Shown: positions 1 through 14,247, numbered from the stretch's first letter. The stretch: DNA of 64,000 bases from an uncultured Actinomycetes bacterium (GCA_963720645.1 CAVRFX010000021.1:221313-285312); one strand, 5' to 3'. The notes: generated from the letters alone by a model not told the origin. Program-made: numbers and translations.

Positions 1-56
1 CGATCCGGGGGACGGTAGTGGGACACTGGGCCGTCACCACACGAGCCGGAGTCCCG

Positions 57-974
57 ATGCCCAGCCCCGTGCCGCAGGATGAACCCGTACCGACCACCAG
101 GCCTGACGACCCGGCGGACGGGGGCCCGACCGCGCTGCGCATCGCGCTCGGCAGCCAGCTGCGGCGCCTGCGCGAGGCCCACGGCATCACGTGCGAGGCG
201 GCGGGCGAGGTGATCCGGGCCTCGGCCTCGAAGATCAGCCGGCTGGAGCACGGCCGGGTCAGCATGAAGCAGCGTGACCTCGCCGACCTGCTCACCCTGT
301 ACGGCGTGACCGGGGAGGCGGAGCGGGCCGGCGTGCTGAGGCTGGCCGTGGAGGCCGCCCGCCGGGGATGGTGGCACCAGTACGGGGAAGTCCTGCCCGG
401 CTGGTTCGAGTTCTACGTGGGGCTGGAGGCGGCCGCGTCCCGGATCCGCACCTACGAGGTGCAGTTCGTGCCCGGCCTGCTGCAGACCCCGGAGTACGCG
501 CGCGCGGTGATCCGGGGTGGCCACCTGGCCGCCCCGGACGAGGAGATCAGCCGGCGGGTGGCCCTGCGGATGAAGCGCCAGCAGATCCTGTCCCGGCCCG
601 ACACGCGGGCGCCGAAACTGTGGGCCGTGGTGGACGAGACCGCGCTGCGCCGCAGGCAGGGTGGTCCCGGGGTGATGGAAGCCCAGCTGGAGCGGCTCAT
701 CGAGCTGGCCGCCCAGCCGAACATCGCGCTGTACGTGGTGCCGCTGCGCAGCGGGTACCACGCCGCAGCGGCCGGGTCGTTCAGCATCCTGCGCTTCGCC
801 GCGCCGGAACTGCCCGACGTGGTCTACCTGGAGCAGCTGACCAGCGCCCTGTACCTGGACAAGCGGCGCGACGTCGATCACTACTCCGCGGTCATGGACC
901 AGCTCTGCGTGCGGGCCGAGCGGGGGACGCCCACCACGGAGGTGCTCGCGCGTCTCCGGGACCAGCTGGGCTGA
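57..974 (+). CDS. XRE-family HTH transcriptional regulator with DUF5753-type C-terminal domain (WhiJ-like)
   Basis: ORF 18..974. The HTH segment is LRIALGSQLRRLREAHGITCEAAGEVIRASASKISRLEHG. The C-terminal part (FYVGLEAAASRIRTYEVQFVPGLLQTPEYARAV) is typical of the Scr1/WhiJ family. ATG at 57 is preceded by GGAG; GTG at 18 is also possible. Confidence 0.85.
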   Translation: MPSPVPQDEPVPTTRPDDPADGGPTALRIALGSQLRRLREAHGITCEAAGEVIRASASKISRLEHGRVSMKQRDLADLLTLYGVTGEAERAGVLRLAVEAARRGWWHQYGEVLPGWFEFYVGLEAAASRIRTYEVQFVPGLLQTPEYARAVIRGGHLAAPDEEISRRVALRMKRQQILSRPDTRAPKLWAVVDETALRRRQGGPGVMEAQLERLIELAAQPNIALYVVPLRSGYHAAAAGSFSILRFAAPELPDVVYLEQLTSALYLDKRRDVDHYSAVMDQLCVRAERGTPTTEVLARLRDQLG

Positions 975-1067
975 CCCGGCGCCGGGAGCCGGTGCGGCCA
1001 ATCGGGCCGCCGGTGTCCCGGGAACGCCTTAAGCTCGATTGTCGGTAGCCAGGGCCGGAGGCGAGCG

Positions 1068-1406
1068 GTGCACGAATTCGACGAGATCCGTCAGCGGCTG
1101 GAGAGCCTCGAGGTGCAGGTCTCCGCGCTGGCCGAGGCGCAGAACGACGGCCTGCGGGCCGCCAGCCTGTTCGCGATGGTGGACCGGGACGTGGCCGACC
1201 TGAGCACCGCGTTCGGCACGCAGCGCCAGCTGCTCCAGGCCCTCCGCGACGACCAGGTCGGGCAGAGCCACAGCCTGGCCGAGCATGGCCAGGCCCTGGA
1301 CGGGATCATTGCCACGCTGCGGGTGATTCATGACGCCCAGCTCAAGCAGAGCCGACACCTGGCCGAGTACGGCCGGGTCCTGGCCCGGATCGACCAGGGG
1401 CACTGA
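1068..1406 (+). CDS. hypothetical small coiled-coil protein
   Basis: 112-codon ORF with very high GC3. GTG start is preceded by GGAGG. The sequence is heptad-like and Gln/Leu rich. I recognise no family. Confidence 0.55.
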   Translation: MHEFDEIRQRLESLEVQVSALAEAQNDGLRAASLFAMVDRDVADLSTAFGTQRQLLQALRDDQVGQSHSLAEHGQALDGIIATLRVIHDAQLKQSRHLAEYGRVLARIDQGH

Positions 1407-1533
1407 TTCCCCGGGGCGTCGATCCGGGGAACTGATCTTGCGGGCACGTGCGGCCGGCGGGCCACGTGCGGCCGCGGGCCTGGACCAGGTCCAGGACCTG
1501 GTCCAGGCCCGCGAGGCCTGCTCCGCCGGCGGG

Positions 1534-1749
1534 TTACCCGCCGGGCGGAGCCTGCCTGAGGCCGGCGAGGAAGCCGGCCCAGGCGGCCTGGCTGAACACG
1601 AGCGTGCCGTCCTGCCTGGCCTTGGAGTCGCGCACCACGACTACTCCCGGCAGGTTCCGGGCGACTTCGACGCACTGGCCGCCATTGCCGCCGCTATGAC
1701 TGCTCGTACGCCAATTGGCACGGGACAGGTCGATGCCTGAGGGGGTCAT
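1534..1749 (-). CDS. DUF397 domain protein
   Basis: Motif WRTSSHSGGNGGQCVEVA...VVVRDSK. ATG at 1749 is preceded by a perfect AAGGAGG. It lies downstream of the XRE gene on the same strand, as in whiJ loci. Confidence 0.85.
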   Translation of the reverse strand: MTPSGIDLSRANWRTSSHSGGNGGQCVEVARNLPGVVVVRDSKARQDGTLVFSQAAWAGFLAGLRQAPPGG

Positions 1750-1825
1750 CCCGCACCTCCTTTGCGTTGTCTCGGTCACTGCTTACCCGATCACTTCTTA
1801 CTAGGTTTATTAGTTCATACTATAA

Positions 1826-2710
1826 TTAGTTGAATCCCCTGGCCACCTGCGCAATCAGGTCGATGGATTGGCCCGTGCCGAGCGCTTCGGCACGGAGGTG
1901 ATCGAACACGACTGTATAGCGCCGGACCTCGTCTGCATTCTCCAGGAAAAGACTGCCGGTAAGGTGCTCCAGGTAGACGACGGCAGGATCCGCGGCCTGC
2001 GGGAATTCCAGAATAGTGAACGGGCTGATGGGCTGCACCTGGGCCGCCGCCCGCAATGGCAGGACCTGCAGCGTCACGTTGGGCTGCCCGGCCACGTCGA
2101 TGAGCCGGCCCAGCTGGGTGCGCATCACGTCCGGGCCGCCGACCTGGGCCCGCAGCACGTTCTCGCTGAGCACCATCCACAGGTCGGGCGGGTCCTGCTG
2201 GTCGAGGGTGGCCTGGCGGTCCATCCGCAGCGCCACCTGCCGGTCGATGTCCTCGGCCGGGCCCGCGGTCGGTGCGGTGCGCAGCACGGCCCGGGCGTAT
2301 TCCTTGGTCTGCAGCAGGCCGGGCACGACCATGCACTGGAAGTCACGCAGCGCCGCGGCCTCGGATTCCAGGCCGATGTAGGGCTCGAACCAGGTGGGCA
2401 GCACCCGGCCGTACGTGTGCCACCAGCCCTTGCGCCGGGCCTCGCGGGCCAGCTGGACGAGCGCGTCGGCTTCGTCGCCGAGGACGCCGTAGATCTCCAG
2501 CAGCTCCCGGACATCGCCCGGGCGGACGCTGATCCGGCCGGTCTCCATCCGGCTGATCCGGGTCCCCGAGCAGTCGAGCCGCTGCCCGACGTCTTCGCAG
2601 GTTAAGCGGGCTTGCTCACGCAGCCGCCGGAGCTCGATGCCGAGCCGTTTGCGCCGGACCGTAGGACTGGGACTCGCGGCCATGGTGCCATGCCTCCGGG
2701 TCTGGGCCAT
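1826..2710 (-). CDS. XRE-family HTH regulator with DUF5753 domain (WhiJ-like)
   Basis: RKRLGIELRRLREQARLTCEDVGQRLDCSGTRISRMETGR followed by YIGLESEAAALRDFQCMVVPGLLQTKEYARAV. The long ORF (to 2992) is trimmed to ATG 2710; ATG 2683 is an alternative. Confidence 0.85.
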   Translation of the reverse strand: MAQTRRHGTMAASPSPTVRRKRLGIELRRLREQARLTCEDVGQRLDCSGTRISRMETGRISVRPGDVRELLEIYGVLGDEADALVQLAREARRKGWWHTYGRVLPTWFEPYIGLESEAAALRDFQCMVVPGLLQTKEYARAVLRTAPTAGPAEDIDRQVALRMDRQATLDQQDPPDLWMVLSENVLRAQVGGPDVMRTQLGRLIDVAGQPNVTLQVLPLRAAAQVQPISPFTILEFPQAADPAVVYLEHLTGSLFLENADEVRRYTVVFDHLRAEALGTGQSIDLIAQVARGFN

Positions 2711-2834
2711 GGTGCGGGCGGGTTCCGCACGATAGAATGGGGAATCGCATAATACGGTTAAGCATCTTGCACAACGGCGTGGCTTGATGCATGCTGGGGC
2801 ACAATGCTGCGATGCATGATACGCGCCCGCTCTC

Positions 2835-3650
2835 GTGGGGTGCCGGTACTTGACCGCTGAGGTATCCGACTCCGGCGAGGTGATCCGCGAGATGCCCCGG
2901 ACGGGTACGGGCCCATTCCCGGCACAGCGTTCCGGCTTCTCTTTTCCCGCTGGCCCGCACGGACTCGCGGTCCGCGACACCCAGTTCAGCACGCCCGCCC
3001 GCGGTCACTTCTATGGGCCGCCCGCGACCGGCCAGCACCGTGCGTCCGGGCAGTACAGCCTGGGCAGCTACCACGGCCCGGTCGCCGCCCCGGCCCAGGA
3101 CGGCCCGGCCCAGAACCACCTGCAGAACGGCCTGGCCCAGGACAGCCGGACCCAGGACGACCGGACCCAGGATGAGCCGGGCCGGCCTGCGCAGTGGCCG
3201 TTCCAGTCCCGGCTGGAACTGGGCCCGCTGCCCGGCGCGGTGCCATGCGCCCGGCTGCACGCCCGGCTGGTGCTCACCGAGTGGGGGCAGGCCGGCCTGG
3301 ACGACAGCGTGGAACTCATCGTCTCGGAGCTGATGACCAACGCGCTGCGCGCCTCCACCGACACGGTCGCGGGACGGCCCGGTTACGGCGCCGACGGGCG
3401 GCAGCAGCCGCTGGGGCTGCGGCTCGCGTCCGACCGGCGGCAGGTGCTGGTCGAAGTCTGGGACGGGGTCACCGCGCCGCCGGTGCCCGGCCAGGTCAGC
3501 CAGGACGGCGAAACCGGCCGCGGCCTTTTAATGGTGGAGGCGGTCAGCAGCCGCTGGGGTTACTACTACCCGGCCCGCCAGCCACCGGGGACCGCGCCGG
3601 ACGAGCGGGCCGTCAAGGTCGTCTGGGCCCTGATCCGGCCCGGGTCATGA
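2835..3650 (+). CDS. ATP-binding protein, HATPase_c / anti-sigma-factor (SpoIIAB-like) family
   Basis: C-terminal half reads ARLHARLVLTEWGQAGLDDSVELIVSELMTNALRAS...GRGLLMVEAVSSRWGYY. It is divergent from the XRE gene. The N-terminal ~100 aa are low-complexity with 15-bp repeats (DSRTQ/DDRTQ), so the start is uncertain. Confidence 0.7.
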   Translation: MGCRYLTAEVSDSGEVIREMPRTGTGPFPAQRSGFSFPAGPHGLAVRDTQFSTPARGHFYGPPATGQHRASGQYSLGSYHGPVAAPAQDGPAQNHLQNGLAQDSRTQDDRTQDEPGRPAQWPFQSRLELGPLPGAVPCARLHARLVLTEWGQAGLDDSVELIVSELMTNALRASTDTVAGRPGYGADGRQQPLGLRLASDRRQVLVEVWDGVTAPPVPGQVSQDGETGRGLLMVEAVSSRWGYYYPARQPPGTAPDERAVKVVWALIRPGS

Positions 3651-5264
3651 CCGGCCTGTAAGCCGTTCCCGGCGGTCACGCACGGCCAGCACCGCGTTCC
3701 AGCGGGCCGCGCCGGCCAGGTCACGGGCCCGTTCCGCGAGCGTGTTGTCCGGCCGGGCCGCACTGTCGGCGATGGCCCGGTCCAGGTCATGCCCGCTGCG
3801 CTGGAGCACCGTGTCGAAATCACGCCGCATCGGCTCCAGCAGGCCGTAACCGAACGACCGGTACAGGCGCGGGTAGCACGGCTTGAACAGCCGGGCCCGC
3901 TCATGCAGCCCCGAGGAGTAGGACATCATGTCCTTCGGGCGGCTCCTGATGTAGTCCGGCAGCAGGTCCGCGAACGCCTCCCGCAGGATCCATTTGTCCT
4001 GCCCGTCCCGCTGCTTGAACTCCCGCGGTATCCGCATCGCCAGTTCCACCAGGGACAGGTCCAGGAATGGCACCCGCAGCTCGGTGCCGTGGCCCATGCT
4101 CGCCCGGTCCAGGCGCTGCAGCTCGGTCCGGCACAGGTTGCGGATCTTGTGCTGGAACAGCCTGCGGGCCTGCCCGGGACTGGCCCGGAAGTACATCGGG
4201 TAGCCGCCGAACAGCTCGTCTGATCCGTCCCCCGACAGCACGACCTTGACGCCCAGCTGGTGGATGCGCCGGAACAGCGGGACCGAGACCACCTCGTTGA
4301 TGATGTCGCCGTACTCGGTCAGCTCGCCCAGCCGGATGGCCTCCCGGATGTCGCCCAGCCGGATGTCCCGCGGCCGGACCTCGATCACCTCGTGCGGCAC
4401 GCCCAGCTCGGCGGTCAGGCGGCGCGCGTAGGCCAGGTCCTCGCTGGCGGGGGCGCCGATCGTGAACGCCACGCAGTCCGGGTGCATCTCGCGGACGTGC
4501 AGCAGCGTGAGGGTGCTGTCCAGCCCGCCGGAGAGGATCACCCCGACGGTCAGGCCGGTGTCCACCCGCACCCGGATGCTGTCCTCCAGCGCGGCCCGGA
4601 CGAGCTTGGCGGCCTCGTCGGGATCGGTGACCGGCGGCTGGTCGTCACCGAGCCGGAGCAGGTCCACGTAGGGCTCCAGGGCCGGCCCGGTGGCTGCGCC
4701 GGGGCAGCCGGCCGGGGCCCAGCCGCCCTCGGCCCAGCCATGATGGCCCGGCGGGACCTCGCTGACCGGGGCTCCGAGCCCGGTGAGCGCCTTGATCTCG
4801 GACGCCACGTGCAGGCAGCCGTCCCGGCGGGACCAGTACAGCGGCTTGACCCCGAGCGGGTCGCGGGCCAGATAGACGCGGTCGGCCGCGGTGTCGGCCA
4901 GGGCGAACGCGAACTCGCCGCGCAGCCGGCTGACCGCGCCCGCGCCCCACTCGAGGAAGGCCTCCAGCACGACCTCGGTGTCGCTGTCGGTGCGCAGCTG
5001 ATGGCCCAGGCTGGTCAGCTCGGCCTGGAGGAGCCGGTAGTTGAAGACCTCGCCGTTGTAGCAGAGCACCCACCGGCCGTCGGCGGAGGTGAAGGGCTGG
5101 ATCGCCCGCTCGGCGTCCACGATGCGCAGCCGCTGGGTGCCCGCCAGCAGGCGCCCGGTCAGCAGGGTCTCCTCCACCTCGCCGCGCGGCGCCAGGGAGC
5201 CGATCATCTGGCGGAAGGTCTCCCGGTCCGGGCGCGGCCCGAGGATGAGGGCGATGCCGCACAC
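3645..5264 (-). CDS. asparagine synthetase (glutamine-hydrolysing) family amidotransferase
   Basis: Starts (GTG) M-CGIALILG, with a Cys2 class-II GATase nucleophile. The synthetase domain has the SGGLDS PP-loop (VGVILSGGLDSTL). It starts 4 nt after the upstream gene's stop. Confidence 0.85.
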   Translation of the reverse strand: MCGIALILGPRPDRETFRQMIGSLAPRGEVEETLLTGRLLAGTQRLRIVDAERAIQPFTSADGRWVLCYNGEVFNYRLLQAELTSLGHQLRTDSDTEVVLEAFLEWGAGAVSRLRGEFAFALADTAADRVYLARDPLGVKPLYWSRRDGCLHVASEIKALTGLGAPVSEVPPGHHGWAEGGWAPAGCPGAATGPALEPYVDLLRLGDDQPPVTDPDEAAKLVRAALEDSIRVRVDTGLTVGVILSGGLDSTLTLLHVREMHPDCVAFTIGAPASEDLAYARRLTAELGVPHEVIEVRPRDIRLGDIREAIRLGELTEYGDIINEVVSVPLFRRIHQLGVKVVLSGDGSDELFGGYPMYFRASPGQARRLFQHKIRNLCRTELQRLDRASMGHGTELRVPFLDLSLVELAMRIPREFKQRDGQDKWILREAFADLLPDYIRSRPKDMMSYSSGLHERARLFKPCYPRLYRSFGYGLLEPMRRDFDTVLQRSGHDLDRAIADSAARPDNTLAERARDLAGAARWNAVLAVRDRRERLTGRS

Positions 5265-5268
5265 GGCG

Positions 5269-6141
5269 TCAGGCCCGGGGGTCTGGCGCGCTGGCGGCGA
5301 CGGCGGCCGGGCTCAGGCACAGATGCCAGGTCTGCCCCTCGTCGATCGCGTTGACCTCACCCGCCTGCTGGCGCTCCCGCAGCAGCCCTTCCAGGACCCC
5401 GGCCGCGCCGAAGCGGCGGAACCAGGACATCTCGATGTCCATGGCGTATCCGGCGCAGTGCGCGCTGGGCAGCGTGGCCGTGTACCCCAGGGCGCGCAGC
5501 CGGCGCTGCTGCTCGATGCTCCGGGCCAGGCTGGTGACCCACAGCGGGGGCGCTCCCGGCGCGGCGGCGGCGAAGTCGATGGCCAGCTGGTTGAGCAGGG
5601 TCAGCGCTTCCCGCCGGGCCCGGGCGAAGCGCAGGCCCGCGGTGCGGGGGGTACGGTCGGGCCGCAGCCGGCGGTCGGCCGCGCGGACCGCGCGGACCGG
5701 CAGCGTCCGAGCCTGCCGGCGGTAGCGGAAATGCAGTTCCCCGGCGCGGCGCAGCGGCTCGAGATCGACGAGCTCAGCCGAGTGGAGCAGATCCGGATCC
5801 GTCACGAATGCCCGGGCGGATCCCCACCACATGACGTCGATCAGGGCGGACAGGTGAATCCGGATATGGGCCACCAGATCGGCTGCGCAATTGCGGTCGC
5901 CGGGCTGGTAATGGCGGACCTCGCGGAGCAGCCGGCCAGCGGCCGCGGGACGGCCTTCGGGGCTGGCCGCCAGTACGGCGGCGAACTCCGGCTCGGCCAG
6001 CCGTTCGGTCAGGACCTTTTCCGCCTTGGCGAGATCGGCCGGGCCGGTATGGGCGGCGATCTCGATGAGCAGATCGGCGACGGCGTCCCGGTACCGGGCC
6101 AGGTCCGGTCCGGTATAGGGCGCGGTTCCGTGAGCATGCAT
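5269..6141 (-). CDS. hypothetical cytoplasmic protein with LAS/M15 (VanX/VanY-type) zinc-peptidase motifs
   Basis: SAHCAGYAMDIE matches the SxHxxGxAxD signature, and a downstream TWH matches the E/x-W-H element. I saw no signal peptide. The ORF is trimmed to ATG 6141. Confidence 0.55.
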   Translation of the reverse strand: MHAHGTAPYTGPDLARYRDAVADLLIEIAAHTGPADLAKAEKVLTERLAEPEFAAVLAASPEGRPAAAGRLLREVRHYQPGDRNCAADLVAHIRIHLSALIDVMWWGSARAFVTDPDLLHSAELVDLEPLRRAGELHFRYRRQARTLPVRAVRAADRRLRPDRTPRTAGLRFARARREALTLLNQLAIDFAAAAPGAPPLWVTSLARSIEQQRRLRALGYTATLPSAHCAGYAMDIEMSWFRRFGAAGVLEGLLRERQQAGEVNAIDEGQTWHLCLSPAAVAASAPDPRA

Positions 6142-6320
6142 TGACGAAGAGTAACACGCCAATAACACTAAGTAACGACAGGCATCGGGGCGTTGAGGGT
6201 CATGATGAGCCGCCCGGGTGCGGTTAGCCCGGGACTTCCCGGGCAGCCGGGAACGTTGGCACGAGCAGAGCACCGGCGCGTGGCTCGCCGGTCCCGCGCC
6301 CCCAGCCTGAAGGAGTGACA

Positions 6321-6737
6321 GTGGCGGAAGCCGAGGATTGGAACAGCAAGATCATCGCCGAGTTCCGGGCCAACGGGGGCAAGGTCGGCGGCCCGTTCGA
6401 GGGGGCACCCCTGCTGCTGCTGCACACGGTCGGGGCGAAGACCGGCCAGCCCCGGGTGACCCCGGTGATGTACCAGGACATCGGGGACGGGGTGGCGGTG
6501 TTCGCGTCCAAGGCGGGCGCCCCGACCAACCCGGCCTGGTACCACAACCTGCTGGCCAATCCCCGGGTCAGCGCGGAGATCGGCGCCGACACGGTCGACC
6601 TGGTCGCGCGGGTGGCCGACAATGCGGAGCGGGAGCGTATCTGGGAGGCGCAGAAGGCCGCCTACCCGGGTTTCGCGGACTACGAGACCAAGACGACCCG
6701 CCAGATCCCCGTGGTTATCCTGGAGCCCGCTCAGTAG
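6321..6737 (+). CDS. deazaflavin(F420)-dependent nitroreductase family protein (DUF385/Ddn-like)
   Basis: NSKIIAEFRANGGKVGGPFEGAPLLLLHTVGAKTGQPRVTPVMY...NPAWYHNL. AAGGAG lies 6 nt before GTG 6321. Confidence 0.8.
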   Translation: MAEAEDWNSKIIAEFRANGGKVGGPFEGAPLLLLHTVGAKTGQPRVTPVMYQDIGDGVAVFASKAGAPTNPAWYHNLLANPRVSAEIGADTVDLVARVADNAERERIWEAQKAAYPGFADYETKTTRQIPVVILEPAQ

Positions 6738-7182
6738 CAGGCGGCGCGCCAGGATCAGCAGGAGGCGGCGGGCCAGGAGTGATGACCATGACGGGGATCT
6801 TCCGGCTGGTCTTGGCCTGGTACCGGTCGTACCGGCCGTGGTTGGCCTCGTTGACCAGCCGCCACAGCCGCGGATAGCCGGGGTCGCCGGGAGGTACCAC
6901 CCGGGCCATGCCCGGCATCCGCAGCGGCCCGTCCTGGAGTTGCACCTCCGGGCGGGCTTCCGCGTTGTACAGCCAGCCCGGAGACCGGTCCGAGCCGTTG
7001 TTGGACGCGACGAACACGTAGTCGGCGCCGTCCCGGGCGTAGACGAGCGGCACGGTGCGGGCCTGGCCGGTCCTCCGCCCGGTGGTCTGCAGCAGGGCGC
7101 ACCGCGCGCCGCCGGGCAGCCGGTGGCCGACGCGCCCCCCGGTCCGCTCGTACAGCCAGCGGTGAACGATCAACGGGTTCAT
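6715..7182 (-). CDS. deazaflavin(F420)-dependent nitroreductase family protein (DUF385/Ddn-like)
   Basis: MNPLIVHRWLYERTGGRVGHRL...LLQTTGRRTGQARTVPLVY...SPGWLYN. It is convergent with the previous gene and overlaps it by 23 bp. Confidence 0.8.
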   Translation of the reverse strand: MNPLIVHRWLYERTGGRVGHRLPGGARCALLQTTGRRTGQARTVPLVYARDGADYVFVASNNGSDRSPGWLYNAEARPEVQLQDGPLRMPGMARVVPPGDPGYPRLWRLVNEANHGRYDRYQAKTSRKIPVMVITPGPPPPADPGAPPATERAPG

Positions 7183-7313
7183 GGGCTCAGTCTGGCCGGC
7201 AGCACGGCCCGGTTCGGGGTGATCCGGCCGACCCTGACCTGGATGATCGCCCGGCACCGGTTTGAGCTGGCGGATTGCGGTGAGTTGACCGGCCTCAGCA
7301 CGGAGCGAGGTCG

Positions 7314-8771
7314 ATGACGATGACGCAGACCGAGACTGGCGGAAGAAACGTACTCGCCGAACTGGACCGGCGGGTACCCACAAGGTTCTACTGGCAGCTG
7401 ACCATCCTGGCCTGCCTGGGCGGCTTCCTGTTCGGGTACGACACCTCGAACATCGGGGCCGCGCTCAACTTCGTGCCCTACCCGCTGAACGGCTTCTGGA
7501 CCGGCTACCTGGTCGCCGGGGCCTCACTCGGCGCGGCGGCCGGGGCCATCTGCGCCGGCCCCATAGCTGACCGGTTCGGCCGGAAGGCGCTGCTCATCAC
7601 CGACGCGGCGATCTACTCGGCCGGGGCTATCCTATCCGCGATCGCCCCGGATGCGGCCGTGCTGCTGGCCGCCCGGACCCTGATCGGCCTGGCCATCGGG
7701 GCCGACTCGGCCATCGCCACCGCCTACATCGCCGAGTACGCGCCGCGGAACCGCCGCGGGGCGCTGAGCATGCTGCAGCAGTGGATGATCACGGTCGGCA
7801 TCCTGGTCTCCTACATCGTCGCGCTCATCATCCTCAAGCTGGCCCCGGGTAGCGCCGGTAGCACAGACTGGCGGCTCATCCTGGGCATCGGCGCCGTCCC
7901 GGCGCTGATCGGTCTGGCCCTGCGGACCAAGATGCCGGAGTCGCCGCGGTGGCTGATGCGGCACGGCAAGTACGAGGGGGTCCAGGCCGCGCTGGGCAGC
8001 TTCGGCACCGAGGTCTCACTGGCGGACGTCGAATACACCGCGCGGCAGCTGGAGGAGGACGACCGGCGCGAAAAGCGGACCAGCAACTGGACCGCGGGGG
8101 TGCGCCGCGCCCTGTTCGTGGTCTGCGTGTTCTTCATCTTCCAGCAGATCACCGGCATCAACGTGCCGCTCTACTACGGCCCGCACGTGCTCGGACCGCT
8201 GTTCCAGGGCAGCAATACGCTGGTGGCCAAGACCATCGCGGGAGTCGAGGTCACCGCGATGCTGACCGTGGTCAACGTGGGCGCCACCTACTTCGCGTTC
8301 CGCTGGATCGACCGCATCGGCCGCCGCAAGCTGGCCATCGGGGGCTACATCGGCATGGCCGTATTCGCCCTGATTGCCGCGGCCGGGCTGACCTGGTTCA
8401 ACGCCACCCCGCGGATCGTGGTGGTGATGATCGGCCTGGCCGGGTTCATCGCCTCGTTCGCCATCGGCGTGGGCGGCACCGGCTGGCTGCTCCAGGGCGA
8501 GGTCTTCCCGACCTCGGTACGCGGCCGGGCCGCGTCCACCGGCGCGACCGTGGACTGGCTGGCCAACTTCGCGCTGATCGAGGCCTTCCCCGTGTGGCAG
8601 TCAGGCATCGGGCTGGGCTGGGTGCTGACCTGCTTTGCCGGGCTGTGCATTATCGCTATCGGCTTCGTGTACCGGTTCGTGCCCGAAACCAAGGGCCGCT
8701 CGGTCGAGGAGATCACCCAGATCTTCGAGCAGGAGGCCCGGACCGGCGAGACCGCCGCCGCCACGGCCTGA
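7314..8771 (+). CDS. MFS transporter, sugar porter family
   Basis: 485 aa with 12-TM-like hydrophobicity. Motifs GRKALL, PESPRWL and PETKGRSVEEI. Confidence 0.9.
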   Translation: MTMTQTETGGRNVLAELDRRVPTRFYWQLTILACLGGFLFGYDTSNIGAALNFVPYPLNGFWTGYLVAGASLGAAAGAICAGPIADRFGRKALLITDAAIYSAGAILSAIAPDAAVLLAARTLIGLAIGADSAIATAYIAEYAPRNRRGALSMLQQWMITVGILVSYIVALIILKLAPGSAGSTDWRLILGIGAVPALIGLALRTKMPESPRWLMRHGKYEGVQAALGSFGTEVSLADVEYTARQLEEDDRREKRTSNWTAGVRRALFVVCVFFIFQQITGINVPLYYGPHVLGPLFQGSNTLVAKTIAGVEVTAMLTVVNVGATYFAFRWIDRIGRRKLAIGGYIGMAVFALIAAAGLTWFNATPRIVVVMIGLAGFIASFAIGVGGTGWLLQGEVFPTSVRGRAASTGATVDWLANFALIEAFPVWQSGIGLGWVLTCFAGLCIIAIGFVYRFVPETKGRSVEEITQIFEQEARTGETAAATA

Positions 8772-8828
8772 GCGGGCCCGGCCGCCGGGGCCGCCCGGTC
8801 ATCACCGCCCGTCCTTCTAGGATGCGAG

Positions 8829-13709
<4,881 letters not shown>

Positions 13710-13821
13710 CCGCGCCGGGGTGAGGCAGCGCAGGGCCAACGTCCCCTGGCTACGGGGCCTGCGCCCCCTGCCGGCCCGGCCCGTCCGGCCGCAGGCTGGG
13801 ACTAGGCGGAGGAGGGGTGAC

Positions 13822-14247
13822 ATGAACGCATCCGTGACCGAGCGCCGGGTCGTGGTCGGGCTGGACGGGTCGCTGAACTCGATCGCTGCGCTGCACCGGG
13901 CGGTGACCGAGGCGCGCGACATGGCCGCCACCCTGGAGATCGTCCTGGTCAACCCGGGTCCGCCGGAGCTCAGCGGGCAGGCGGCCGGACTGGACTGGCT
14001 CGAGCAGATCCTTTCCCGCGAGTACCCCGCGCCGCTGGGCGTGCCGGTCCTGCGCCGCGTCGAGCACGGCAGCCCGGGCAAGGTCCTGGTCCGCCTGGCC
14101 CGCGGGGCGCAGCTGCTCGTCCTCGGGGCCCGGGCCCGCTCGGAGGCGGGGAACCCGCTCGGCGGCGACGTGGTCCCGGTCTGCCTGAGTTACGCGGAGT
14201 GCCCGATCGCCATCTGCGCGGACCGGGGCCAGCGCCTCGTCGGGTGA
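13822..14247 (+). CDS. universal stress protein (UspA family)
   Basis: RVVVGLDGSLNSIAALHRAV ... LLVLGAR ... CPIAI. ATG is preceded by GGAGGAGGGG. Confidence 0.85.
   Translation: MNASVTERRVVVGLDGSLNSIAALHRAVTEARDMAATLEIVLVNPGPPELSGQAAGLDWLEQILSREYPAPLGVPVLRRVEHGSPGKVLVRLARGAQLLVLGARARSEAGNPLGGDVVPVCLSYAECPIAICADRGQRLVG

Noticed and set aside
3645-5264. AsnB homologue as a lasso-peptide cyclase or other RiPP enzyme.
   Set aside because: It retains the Cys2 glutaminase nucleophile typical of true amidotransferases. There is no transglutaminase-like B protein, RRE or short precursor ORF nearby.
6715-6737. 23-bp convergent overlap of the two F420-nitroreductase-family genes as a regulatory feature.
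   Set aside because: Short 3' overlaps are common in compact GC-rich genomes, and nothing else supports a function.
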